Counted from the stretch's first letter, positions 10,471-19,331 are shown. The stretch: 64,000 bases of DNA from Nitrosopumilus sp. (GCA_965218785.1 OZ244650.1:1504001-1568000), one strand, 5' to 3'. Notes: generated by a model not told the origin, from the sequence alone. Made by a program: numbers and translations.

Positions 10471-11577
10471 ATGCGTTTATTAGAGTTTCAGGCAAAGGAG
10501 TTATTCCGGGAATACGGAATCAATCTCCTTGAGAGCAAGGCATCAACAAGCATAGAGCAAGGCAGAAAACACGCAAAAGAACTAGGATACCCGTTTGTGA
10601 TTAAAATTCAGGTTCCGGTGGGAGGAAGGGGAAAGGCCGGAGGCATTCAAACATGCCAAAATGATGACGAATTTGAGCTGAAATATCCCCAGGTCATGGA
10701 TTTGACAATCAAGGGGGAAAAAGCAAGGGCCATCCTGCTTGAAAAAATGGCAGACATCAAAAAGGAATTGTACCTGTCATTATTTTTGAACCGTTCAAAA
10801 AGATGCTATACAGTTATTGCATCAGCCGAAGGCGGAGTCGAAATCGAATCGGTAAAAAATCAAATTATCAAAGAAGTCGGATTAGGAAAAGTTTCAGACG
10901 AGGTTGCAGGCAATGTTGCAAAGGAGATGGGATTGGAAGGAAAGACGGCAGATGGTTTAGTTGATACCTTGAAGAAATTATCAAGGCTTACAATTGAAAA
11001 AGAAGCGGAACTTGCGGAGATTAACCCGCTTGCAATAATGCAAGACGGTTCAGTAATTGCACTAGATGGCAAATTTGTTACAGACGACAATAGTAATTTC
11101 AGGCATGATGAGCTGCAAAAGTATCAGGAAAAATCAGAGATAGAAAAAAGGGCTGAAAAAAGCGGGTTCTCACTAGTAGAGCTAGATGGCGACATTGCAG
11201 TTGTTGGAAACGGGGCAGGACTTGTAATGTCAACACTTGACATGTTATCAGACAATGGCGGAAAGGCCGCATGTTTCTTGGATGTCGGCGGCGGTGCAAC
11301 AACAGAATCAGTTTATGAGGCACTGACTCTGATTAGCAAAATTAGCAAGGTGAAGGGAATTTTGGTAAACCTCTACGGAGGAATTGTAAAAACAACAGTT
11401 GTAGCAGAGGCGTTTCTAAAAGCATATGAGAATAATCTAATTGATTTGCCGGTGTTTTCCAGACTAAAGGGAACAGAGTCAGACAAGGCAAAGGAAATGC
11501 TAAAGAATTCTAGGACCAATATTTATGATTCCGTAGAAGAGGCAATTAATGCGGCAGTAATGGGAGTGAAAAAATGA
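10471..11577 (+). CDS. sucC: succinate-CoA ligase beta subunit
   Basis: MRLLEFQAKELF, GGRGKAGG, EINPL, GNGAGLVMST, FLDVGGG. Confidence 0.97.
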   Translation: MRLLEFQAKELFREYGINLLESKASTSIEQGRKHAKELGYPFVIKIQVPVGGRGKAGGIQTCQNDDEFELKYPQVMDLTIKGEKARAILLEKMADIKKELYLSLFLNRSKRCYTVIASAEGGVEIESVKNQIIKEVGLGKVSDEVAGNVAKEMGLEGKTADGLVDTLKKLSRLTIEKEAELAEINPLAIMQDGSVIALDGKFVTDDNSNFRHDELQKYQEKSEIEKRAEKSGFSLVELDGDIAVVGNGAGLVMSTLDMLSDNGGKAACFLDVGGGATTESVYEALTLISKISKVKGILVNLYGGIVKTTVVAEAFLKAYENNLIDLPVFSRLKGTESDKAKEMLKNSRTNIYDSVEEAINAAVMGVKK

Positions 11578-12491
11578 CGGATATTTTTGAACTGCTCATA
11601 GGAAGGCCGGGGGATCCGGATTACAAGAAAAAAGGCGTAATCGTTCAAGGAATTACAGGAGCATACGGCTCGCTGCATACAAAAAATATGATGACATATG
11701 GAACAAACGTTGTTGCAGGAGTTACGCCCGGAAAGGGAGGTCAAAAATTCGATGACAGGGTTCCGATTTACAACACCATGCAAGAAGCAGTGGATGCCAC
11801 GAATGCAAAAATTTCAATCATGTATGTTCCGGCAAAGTTCTTCCTTGGGGCCGCAAAAGACGCACTAGAAGCAGGAATCAAGCTACTAGTTGCAATTCCG
11901 GAACATGTTCCAATTAGAGACACCATGGAGACACTAGAGCTGGCAAAACAAAAAGGGGCAATAGTAATTGGGCCAAACACTCCTGGAATTATGATTCCGG
12001 AAATAATCAAAATTGGAATTATGCCGCCAATGCCTTTCAAGGCGGGAAAAATTGCAGTATTGTCAAAAAGTGGGACATTGCTTTATGAAATTTCAGATGC
12101 GCTGACTAATTCAGGATTTGGACAGTCAATTACAATCGGCATTGGAGGAGACCCGGTTAATGGGACAAGACTCATTGATGCGTTTGAAATGATAAAAGAC
12201 ATTCCAGATTTGGAGGGATTTGTAGTCGTAGGGGAGATTGGCGGGGATTCAGAAGAGATTTTAGCTCAGAGAATTATTGATATTGGATTTAAAAAACCGA
12301 CTGTGGCATATATTGCAGGAAGAGCGGCCCCAAAAGAGAAGAGGATGGGACATGCAGGTGCGATTATCATGGGAACGTATGGTTCTGCCGAATCCAAAAT
12401 ATCCATGTTTAACAGAGCCAATATTCCGGTAGCAAAAAGACCTGCAGAAGTACCCGTATTACTAGCAGGAAAGATGGAAAAATCCGATTAG
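11574..12491 (+). CDS. sucD: succinate-CoA ligase alpha subunit
   Basis: VQGITG, GVTPGKGG, GPNTPG, GIGGD, RMGHAGA. Confidence 0.97.
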   Translation: MTDIFELLIGRPGDPDYKKKGVIVQGITGAYGSLHTKNMMTYGTNVVAGVTPGKGGQKFDDRVPIYNTMQEAVDATNAKISIMYVPAKFFLGAAKDALEAGIKLLVAIPEHVPIRDTMETLELAKQKGAIVIGPNTPGIMIPEIIKIGIMPPMPFKAGKIAVLSKSGTLLYEISDALTNSGFGQSITIGIGGDPVNGTRLIDAFEMIKDIPDLEGFVVVGEIGGDSEEILAQRIIDIGFKKPTVAYIAGRAAPKEKRMGHAGAIIMGTYGSAESKISMFNRANIPVAKRPAEVPVLLAGKMEKSD

Positions 12492-12522
12492 AATAAAAGA
12501 GAGACATTTTGGAGAGAGACTA

Positions 12523-12690
12523 ATGCCAATTACCGACCCTGAAAAAAAACGCATTGCACAGCAAGCACGTCTTGTAATGAGAATCTGTTTTAAATGTGGA
12601 TGCAGAAATGACATAGGGGCAACAAGATGCAGAAAATGCAGAAACCCATACTTGAGATTAAAGAACAGAAACCTCGGGGTTAAGAAATAG
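12523..12690 (+). CDS. rpl40e: 50S ribosomal protein L40e (absent from ORF track)
   Basis: translates MPITDPEKKRIAQQARLVMRICFKCGCRNDIGATRCRKCRNPYLRLKNRNLGVKK. Confidence 0.95.
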   Translation: MPITDPEKKRIAQQARLVMRICFKCGCRNDIGATRCRKCRNPYLRLKNRNLGVKK

Positions 12691-12692
12691 AA

Positions 12693-12941
12693 TTAGAAAA
12701 TCATCAATCTTTGTCTATACTCTACGATTGCAGATTTTATATCGTATTTGTATTGTCGGACAAATGATTTTGCGGCATCATGATCTTCTAATTCATCAAG
12801 GGTCAGTTGAAGATCATCAGGCAGTTGCTCATTTATCTGAAAGAGGATTTTGGCAGCATCAGTGTATTGTCCAAGATTTTCAGCGTATTCACATGCTAGT
12901 TGCATTCGATCAATCAAGGCATCAAATTCCTGCAAAGACAT
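12693..12941 (-). CDS. hypothetical protein
   Basis: 82-aa helical ORF convergent with rpl40e. Confidence 0.75.
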   Translation of the reverse strand: MSLQEFDALIDRMQLACEYAENLGQYTDAAKILFQINEQLPDDLQLTLDELEDHDAAKSFVRQYKYDIKSAIVEYRQRLMIF

Positions 12942-13026
12942 ACCAGAACTATCAGATATCAGTACTAAAGATCAGGGTAATATCAGAATCTAAAGATAAA
13001 AAAGCATCTAGTTTTGTAGGGTTGTT

Positions 13027-13121
13027 GGACCGGTCGTCTAGTCTGGTTTGGATGACGCACTCACACTGCGTAAGGAAGTAATTTCCCGCAAGGGTCGTGG
13101 GTTCGAATCCCATCCGGTCCA
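13027..13121 (+). tRNA. tRNA-Val(CAC) with a 20-nt non-canonical intron (13073-13092)
   Basis: acceptor GGACCGG/CCGGTCC, anticodon arm ACGCA-CT-CAC-AC-TGCGT, T arm GTGGG-TTCGAAT-CCCAT; BHB-like TGCG/CGCA helix with TAA and AGG bulges. Confidence 0.93.
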
Positions 13122-13132
13122 TATACCCTTAG

Positions 13133-13867
13133 GTGCTTAAATCAGATCCAGATATTGGAGGCATGCTCAGCATCAGCCTCGAAAAGATCACAGATGAAGG
13201 CGTACCATATGAAAAGTTCCTTGACGGCATTAAAGACTCTGGAACATTGAGGCACTATACCAAGAATCTTGCAAGATTTCTCAGGGAGGTGCCCCCCAGA
13301 CTCTACGAGGAGCTTGGCTGCAAGGTCCCAGATGGTACGGTAGAGTCACAGGTCTAATGCTTTGTAAAATTGTGCCGAGACAACCCAAAGGCCGGAACCA
13401 ACATAATTGCCGAGTATATCAAATATTTTAACAGGCTGGTAGAAAAGAGAGACATCCGCCCAAATACTGTCCCCGGCTATCCCAAGCCCATCAAGGTACT
13501 CCTAGATACAAACGATGTTCCCCTGTACTGGAAGCGATTGTACCATCTGTACCCGAGACTGGTAAACTCCAAGGACAGGGCATACACAAGAGAAGAGCTG
13601 CAAAAGATGATGATGGCCGCGCGCGACATTACCGATAAAGTCATACTTGCCATGTTCTCTTATGCGGGATTCAGACTGGAGTCATGGGACTACTTTACGT
13701 GGCGTGATGTCATTTTTTTCAAGGACAAGGAGGACTTGTTTTGGGGCGCGGCACTGCTGGTATACCGCGGGGATCCTGAGAGTTATTGGACGTTTATCAC
13801 TCCAGAGGCCTGTAACTATCTTGTACAGTACCGAGAAAAGTGGAGAAAAGACTTTGGCGCATATCCT
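13133..13867 (+). pseudogene. tyrosine integrase, interrupted by in-frame TAA (13355-13357) and truncated before the HxxR/Tyr motifs
   Basis: ORFs 13133 and 13370 share a frame; DRAYTREEL and AGFRLESW (catalytic Arg) present; sequence turns Pro/Glu-rich after GAYP. Confidence 0.85.
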
Positions 13868-14169
13868 GAGTCGGAGACCAAACCACAAACAGAATCTGAA
13901 CCCGAGACCAAACCCGATTCCAAACCAACTGTAATTCAGACACCCGAGACAGAGCCAGAACCGGTACCAGAGACGGATCTTGAATCAGTACCGGAACCCG
14001 TACCCGAGATGGATCCTGAACCGGCATCAGAAATGGATCCTGAACCTGAATCCGTAATGGACCCGGAACTTGAATCCGTACCCGAGATGGACCTGGAACC
14101 CGCCCACCTACTAATGAGGGAAGCATCATCGATCGGATTGTCGGATGGTTTACATCCTTGTTTGGCTAA
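13868..14169 (+). pseudogene. 3' remnant of a surface/secreted protein gene (Pro/Glu linker plus C-terminal amphipathic tail)
   Basis: (PEMDPEP)-like repeats; a shifted frame ends TNEGSIIDRIVGWFTSLFG* at TAA 14167-14169. Confidence 0.6.
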
Positions 14170-14411
14170 CAGACTCTCAGAGTGCAGCAGGAATAAGATG
14201 GATGACTCAAAACATGCTAAACAGGCAGGATCAGAGCAAATCTGCCCCCAAATCAGGCACGGATTCCCAGTAAGGTTTTTTATGCCAGTAGGTAGTACCA
14301 TAAGTACCGAGATACTTACCCTCTAGGTTAGCGTTTCATGCGATGGCGCTAGGGATAAATTGTTCTCGGCCAAGCTTAGATTGGATTGATGAATGATCTA
14401 CGAGGAGTAAA

Positions 14412-14972
14412 ATGAATAAAAAAATAACAATCACATTTGCCATAGTTGCAATTATCACAGCAGGTATTGGAGGTTTATTCATAAACTCTAGTGAATATTC
14501 TACTTCACACATTGTAAAAACAGATCCAAAATACTTTACAAATCTAGATTATGTTGATGCAATCCATGCTCAATATATAACAATAAATCCGACCGAAATT
14601 AAAGATCTGTCTTACACTGTATTTAGTGGAACCATACAAAACATTGCAATTGACTCAGTTTTGATGGCTCCAATAGATCCAGAAATTATTGATGAGCAAG
14701 GAAACATCATTGAACCAAGAGCTGATGTTGTTACATTTACCATCTCCATAGATCAGAAGACCAAAGGTGAGGGTATAGGAAAAACCATTAACGTGAGTTC
14801 ATCTATTCCTTCAAAAATTGATTACCAAATTGGAGATACAGTAATTGTTATGGCAACCAAAAACTTGGACAAGTATAGGATAATGTCAGGACCATACGGA
14901 ATGTATAAAATTCTAAATGATGAAGCTATAGGTCACGAGTTCACACTCCCAAAACATGTTCTATTAGATTAG
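14412..14972 (+). CDS. secreted/membrane-anchored protein, NTR/TIMP-like OB-fold candidate
   Basis: N-terminal hydrophobic helix; SYTVFSGTI...TFTISIDQKTKG...YQIGDTVIVM pattern shared with 24434-24972; T-rich terminator follows. Confidence 0.7.
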   Translation: MNKKITITFAIVAIITAGIGGLFINSSEYSTSHIVKTDPKYFTNLDYVDAIHAQYITINPTEIKDLSYTVFSGTIQNIAIDSVLMAPIDPEIIDEQGNIIEPRADVVTFTISIDQKTKGEGIGKTINVSSSIPSKIDYQIGDTVIVMATKNLDKYRIMSGPYGMYKILNDEAIGHEFTLPKHVLLD

Positions 14973-15119
14973 AACCTCTCCTTCTTTTTTATTTTTAAAA
15001 AAATAATATCATGATATCATAAAACGGTTATGTATAGTCTAAGTTTCGGGGCTTTACTCTTTGGCGACTCTCCGCTTTCGGGGCTCGTGTCATGTAGGAT
15101 TCAGGTCATATCCAAGATT

Positions 15120-15232
15120 CACGGCTCATATCTCACGGCTCATCTCACGGCTCACGGCTCATATCTCATACCATAACGGCTCATATCATACGGCTCATCA
15201 TACGGCTCATCATATGGCTCATCATACGGCTC
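15120..15232. repeat. tandem array of ACGGCTC(AT)-core units (about 9 copies, variable unit length)
   Basis: cacggctcatatct, cacggctcatct and acggctcatcat units read directly. Confidence 0.9.
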
Positions 15233-15270
15233 GAGGTCCCTATTCTTAGAGTTCATGTCAAGGCTCCATA

Positions 15271-15407
15271 CACCAAGGTTCTACCCCAGCACCAAGGCTC
15301 GACCACCGCCGAGACTCTACCACCAAGGTTCTACCCCAGCACCAATGCTCTACCCCAGCACCAATGCTCTATCCCAGCACCAAGGCTCTACCCCAGCACC
15401 AAGGCTC
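15271..15407. repeat. 19-bp tandem repeat CACCAAGGCTCTACCCCAG (5 full plus 2 partial copies)
   Basis: full units start at 15271, 15321, 15340, 15359, 15378; partials at 15290 and 15397. Confidence 0.92.
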
Positions 15408-15516
15408 CACTGTCTACGTCTCCGAGACTACTTTCAAGTCTATAGCTTTGAACAGATACCAAGAATAGAATATTTTGTTAAGAGATGTTGTGTATTGTAA
15501 TGATGATCGTCTCGAT

Positions 15517-15789
15517 CTATCTATGATAACAGAGATAGATCAATGTACTTTGTAGTGTTGCTTTAAACGGTACCGGTAAAATCACCCTAATCAAAATTAT
15601 AATTGATGCTGCTGCTATGATTACTGCGATAATAGGCATTTCATCACATTCTGGAATTCTCAGAATAAATATTTTCTGCGTGACTTTAATATCTTTAATC
15701 TTTGGCAAATTCCCCACCATCAAAAGACTCTCTCTAAAATCTCCACTGTCTGATCCCATGTGATTAGTGATCACAGATGAGAGTGCCAC
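15517..15789 (-). pseudogene. remnant of a PEFG-CTERM sorting-domain protein
   Basis: KIFILRIPECDEMPIIAVIIAAASIIILIR resembles a degenerate IPEFG plus TM helix tail. Confidence 0.45.
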
Positions 15790-15858
15790 TAATCCGGACC
15801 GGGTACTGGGAGCATCACATCCAGCAAGACGGGGTGCAAGAAAAAAATTATTCTGGTG

Positions 15859-16122
15859 CTAGTCTTTGCCATAGACGGACTTGTGGTCGCATACCCGAAG
15901 CAGTTCTACAATTCCCTCGTCGTATCGGATTGAATACATGATACGATATTTTTTGCCAAGCTCATAAGAAAAAGTTCTCATGTTTTGCTTGTACGCTCCA
16001 AGTTTGGAGGGATTTGTAGAGGATACAATGTCTGCAAGCGCATTATCTACAATATGTTGTGTGTTAGAATCAAGTTGTTTGTATTGTTTTATGAATTTTT
16101 TACTCCTGTCTAATTCCCACAA
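15859..16122 (-). CDS. RelE/ParE-superfamily type II toxin
   Basis: 87-aa basic protein: SKKFIKQYKQL, KYRIMYSI, LLRVCDHKSVY. Confidence 0.85.
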   Translation of the reverse strand: MWELDRSKKFIKQYKQLDSNTQHIVDNALADIVSSTNPSKLGAYKQNMRTFSYELGKKYRIMYSIRYDEGIVELLRVCDHKSVYGKD

Positions 16123-16125
16123 TTT

Positions 16126-16263
16126 TTAATCACTGTGTAGTTCTTCAAGCAGTTCTTTGAGAGTTACAACTTTGCGATCTTGTGGGTTGTTGTAAAATTC
16201 CTTAATGTCTGCAATTTCTTCGTCTGAAAGTGGGGGTGAATCAATTTGTTTTATATCGGACAT
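16126..16263 (-). CDS. small acidic antitoxin (45 aa, absent from ORF track)
   Basis: MSDIKQIDSPPLSDEEIADIKEFYNNPQDRKVVTLKELLEELHSD; ends 3 nt before the toxin start. Confidence 0.8.
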   Translation of the reverse strand: MSDIKQIDSPPLSDEEIADIKEFYNNPQDRKVVTLKELLEELHSD

Positions 16264-16559
16264 GTATCCTTTATGCTACCCTCTCTTAAAAAAGATTATG
16301 AATCAAGAATTGTTCTGTTCTCCTATACTTTACACCCTCCTCCTCTACCTTTTGTCGCAGATTGGGGTTCAAACCATGCCATCAACAGGGGCGAATCTTA
16401 ACGGGGTCTGAACCATCAAACGGGTTAATCCTTATATGATGTGTAGTGGTAACATACCATATCATGAAAGCAGGATCACATTATATGTGCGGTCTGCTAT
16501 CACAGTCGGTCGAATCCCATCCGGTCCATTTTTTTATAATGGAATCAAGGGGAATATTT

Positions 16560-16965
16560 TGGGGTAGAACCAAACGGTGAACCCTGTTTGTTCTGGTAAT
16601 TCCAACATACAGCCTGTTTCCACCGAGACATGTAAAGTGAACAAGTTGGGATCCATACAAGAATCGTTTATTCTAGGTTCCGGTGTTTCTTTGTGGCCGT
16701 AACTGCATTCGTATGGTCTTATCGTATGTCTTGTAGGCGGTATTTGGGATTGATTCTATGTCGAGTATGTATTTTGTGTATGTTCTGCCGTATTTTAGAT
16801 TGGCATTGTCGCATCTTTTACATTTATCAGGCTTGTGATATACCCTGTTTTTTGTTTTTCCTGAACGGTATACCACCACGTGACCTGCATTGTATCCTGA
16901 TTTCTTTGCTGTTCGCTTATACAGTTGTTCTTTTTGTGTCTTGTTGGAATCGGATTCTGTGACTG
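16560..16965 (-). pseudogene. IS66-like transposase remnant
   Basis: HKPDKCKRCDNANL...YILDI resembles the IS66 Zn-finger region; frames broken; lies just outside attR. Confidence 0.5.
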
Positions 16966-17176
16966 TGTGGATTCTCAGTGTGTCATATGACCATTTGTAT
17001 CATTTTACGAGAAAGGCTACGATAACATTATAAAATATTACATTGATGTTAAAGAATATTCCAAAGAATATGCAAACGAAAGTGTAAAAGGCAACGACTG
17101 ATCAAAAACAGGACAGATGAGAAAATGAAGGGGAAGAAGAAGATTAAATCAAAATTAATTAATAAAAAATGACTGA

Positions 17177-18103
17177 TTATGTAATCGGATTAAGTTGTAC
17201 TTTTTGTTTCAATTCTAACATATTGTCAAAGTATTCCTCATTTCCTATCAAGTAATTCTGTTCATATTGAAATGCACCTTTATCAATCAATTCATGTAGT
17301 TTTGACTCAAACTCCCAATCCGAAATTCTTTTGTAAAAGTCTTGGTAGCGTTGGTATAGATGTTGCTTACTCATGTGGATTAGCTTTTCTGCCTCTAATG
17401 ATGCTGAATAATAGGTATTTGCAAGATGTACAAACGGTTCAAGTTGTGTTATGCCAAAAACTTGACGTAAGGTTGAATATTTTTGTTGGATGATGTGTGA
17501 TAACAAGACAGTTCTGAGTTTGGGAGGATTGTTTTGCACTTTTTCTACCAACCCAACATATGTATTTCCATGTACATATCCGCCTTGAGTTCGTCTAACA
17601 ATTTTTAATTCTAATAACAAGTCTAAATACTGTCTAATTCTATGGGATTTCTGCTGTTCAGAAATTTCATTATCTGTAATTTTGATCTCGCTGTCTCTAG
17701 TAGTATCAATAAGTCGATCTAAAATTAATTCAAGAGGATGAAAGACATGATTACTTTCTTCAATTTTGGCAAATACATAGGATGACCCGATGATCACTAT
17801 TCTTTCTGTTTGCTGTTTCCAGAAATCCAATCTGGAGGACAAGTTATCATCACATAGATTGCTAGGTGTGGCATCTATAATTTCCAATTGGTCATTTAAT
17901 TTGATCATTCCCAACTCCTTCAAATCAAGATACCCTACAAGTACTTCTTTAGATACCTCATCTTCAATAATACGGGGATACGTTGAACCAAGTTGAACCA
18001 TCCAAGTCTTTGTCATATCATCATAAACAGGCGTATCTGGAATTATAAGATCACCGTAATGGTTTACCACATATTTTTTCACAGTAGACTCAAGTTCGTT
18101 CAT
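17177..18103 (-). CDS. hypothetical protein with two winged-helix-like segments
   Basis: RQYLDLLLELKIVRRTQGGYVHG and SKLHELIDKGAFQYEQNYLIG; AT-rich; start overlaps the upstream peptidase stop. Confidence 0.8.
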   Translation of the reverse strand: MNELESTVKKYVVNHYGDLIIPDTPVYDDMTKTWMVQLGSTYPRIIEDEVSKEVLVGYLDLKELGMIKLNDQLEIIDATPSNLCDDNLSSRLDFWKQQTERIVIIGSSYVFAKIEESNHVFHPLELILDRLIDTTRDSEIKITDNEISEQQKSHRIRQYLDLLLELKIVRRTQGGYVHGNTYVGLVEKVQNNPPKLRTVLLSHIIQQKYSTLRQVFGITQLEPFVHLANTYYSASLEAEKLIHMSKQHLYQRYQDFYKRISDWEFESKLHELIDKGAFQYEQNYLIGNEEYFDNMLELKQKVQLNPIT

Positions 18104-18480
18104 CAGATGACCCCTTTTTGTAGAAATGGTCTAGAGTATATCTGTTTATTCGTCCAATTTCTGTTTTTATCATCAACGCTTGTCCATCTTCCCACTTTGT
18201 CATGAATTTACTTTGACTTGATGTTTTCTTACCGTATATCGGATCATTATAAGAAATTGTCTTTTTTATATCATCTATACCCGTAATGACAATAGCATGT
18301 AGATAACCAACTGCACCTGTAGAAATCCAAACAGACACAGGCAATTCCTTTCGCAATTCTTTTTTAATATCGTTTAAGGTATGAGGTTTAAATTCTGCAG
18401 TAAACTCAACGGATGGATTTGATTTAGTTAATATTTTATTTATGTTAGTTACATTGGAATAAATTGTTCCACTAACTGTT
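18090..18480 (-). pseudogene. C39-like cysteine peptidase, N-terminal (catalytic Cys) part lost at IS junction
   Basis: ELRKELPVSVWI, LHAIVITGID, SYNDPIYG, FMTKW; the upstream part of the listed ORF is IS antisense. Confidence 0.75.
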
Positions 18481-19012
18481 GGTGGGGACCCCGCTAGAAT
18501 GAGACCGCTTGCATACATACACTTTTTGAGCAAGTTAGGAGGTAAAACACCATGGTAAAGAGCAAATTCACCCCACAGGAAAAGGCAAGAATCATCCTGG
18601 AATCCATAAACACCAGGATCAGCACAGCAGAACTGTGCCGCAAGTACAACATACATCCCCAGACATTCTATCAGTGGAGGGAAAAATTCATCAGCGGTGG
18701 CAAGATGTCCATTCTGGATAACGGCAAGAAAAACCCGACTTTTGTTATGCAAAAGGAGATTGACTGCTTCAAGATATCATAGGAAGCTGACTGTGACCAA
18801 TGAAGCTTTTAAAAAATGTTGGAATGAAGGATGGATGACTGCCGTAAAGAACATGCTACAAAAGAGGAATCTGAGAAAATCCATAGCTTACGCAGGCATA
18901 TCTCCAATAATGATTCTAAAAAGCATCGATCCGAGAAAAGTCAGACATGAAGGGGCATTCATTTTTTTTTTTGACTGGAACTATTTTGATCAAGTGTGTG
19001 TGCCCCCTCACG
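18480..19012 (+). mobile_element. IS3-family remnant (OrfA HTH 18552-18782 plus decayed OrfB start); boundaries approximate
   Basis: KFTPQEKARIILE...ELCRKYNIHPQTFYQWREKF HTH_Tnp_1-like; downstream frames broken. Confidence 0.75.
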
Positions 19013-19220
19013 TTTGATTAAATGAGGAATGATGTATACAGGGGTGTACCATCTAGCACGCACACACATAATAGAGTCTCTAGTGGATAATATAGTTTTG
19101 TGTGACTAATTCTTTTCCAGAAATCATTTTTTTAAAATTAAACGTCTAATTTAACTAAAAACCACCATTTCCACTCCGCTTATGAGGCAATGTTTTTTAT
19201 AGTAATGTGTGGTAATGTAA

Positions 19221-19331
19221 TTGTCAGGGTACTTATCCCATCGATTCACGGGTCTACCGAGGGTACTTTGGGCAAATGTCCCTGAAGTTATTATTATTAT
19301 TCAAGTAAATCCCGCTTTATTCTTTTTTTGA
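19221..19331 (+). other. candidate small RNA or 36-aa small protein
   Basis: TTTTATA at 19195-19201, GC-richer structured core (TCAGGG/CCCTGA), T-tract at 19323-19329. Confidence 0.35.

Larger units (their letters stand above)
13103..16529. mobile_element. degenerate tRNA-Val-integrated element (about 3.4 kb)
   Basis: 20-bp direct repeat TCGAATCCCATCCGGTCCAT at 13103-13122 (tRNA 3' end) and 16510-16529; integrase remnant adjacent to the tRNA. Confidence 0.88.

Noticed and set aside
15120-15410. CRISPR array interpretation of the tandem repeats
   Set aside because: Units are contiguous with no unique spacers, and there are no cas genes in the window.
15061-15500. ORFs 15061-15249 and 15255-15500 as real proteins
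   Set aside because: The translations only reflect the DNA repeats, and the 19-bp unit cycles through frames.
15791-15815. Extra att or tRNA fragment (CCGGACCGG)
   Set aside because: The match to tRNA-Val is only about 7-9 bp, compatible with chance.
18090-18752. 220-aa ORF as one intact protein
   Set aside because: The N-terminal about 90 aa is the antisense of the IS3 OrfA region; only the part below about 18480 is peptidase-like.
19224-19285. Purine or SAM-I riboswitch (TCTACC...AAATGTCC and CTTATC look-alikes)
   Set aside because: The junction and loop architecture does not fit and no relevant gene follows; kept only as an unassigned candidate.
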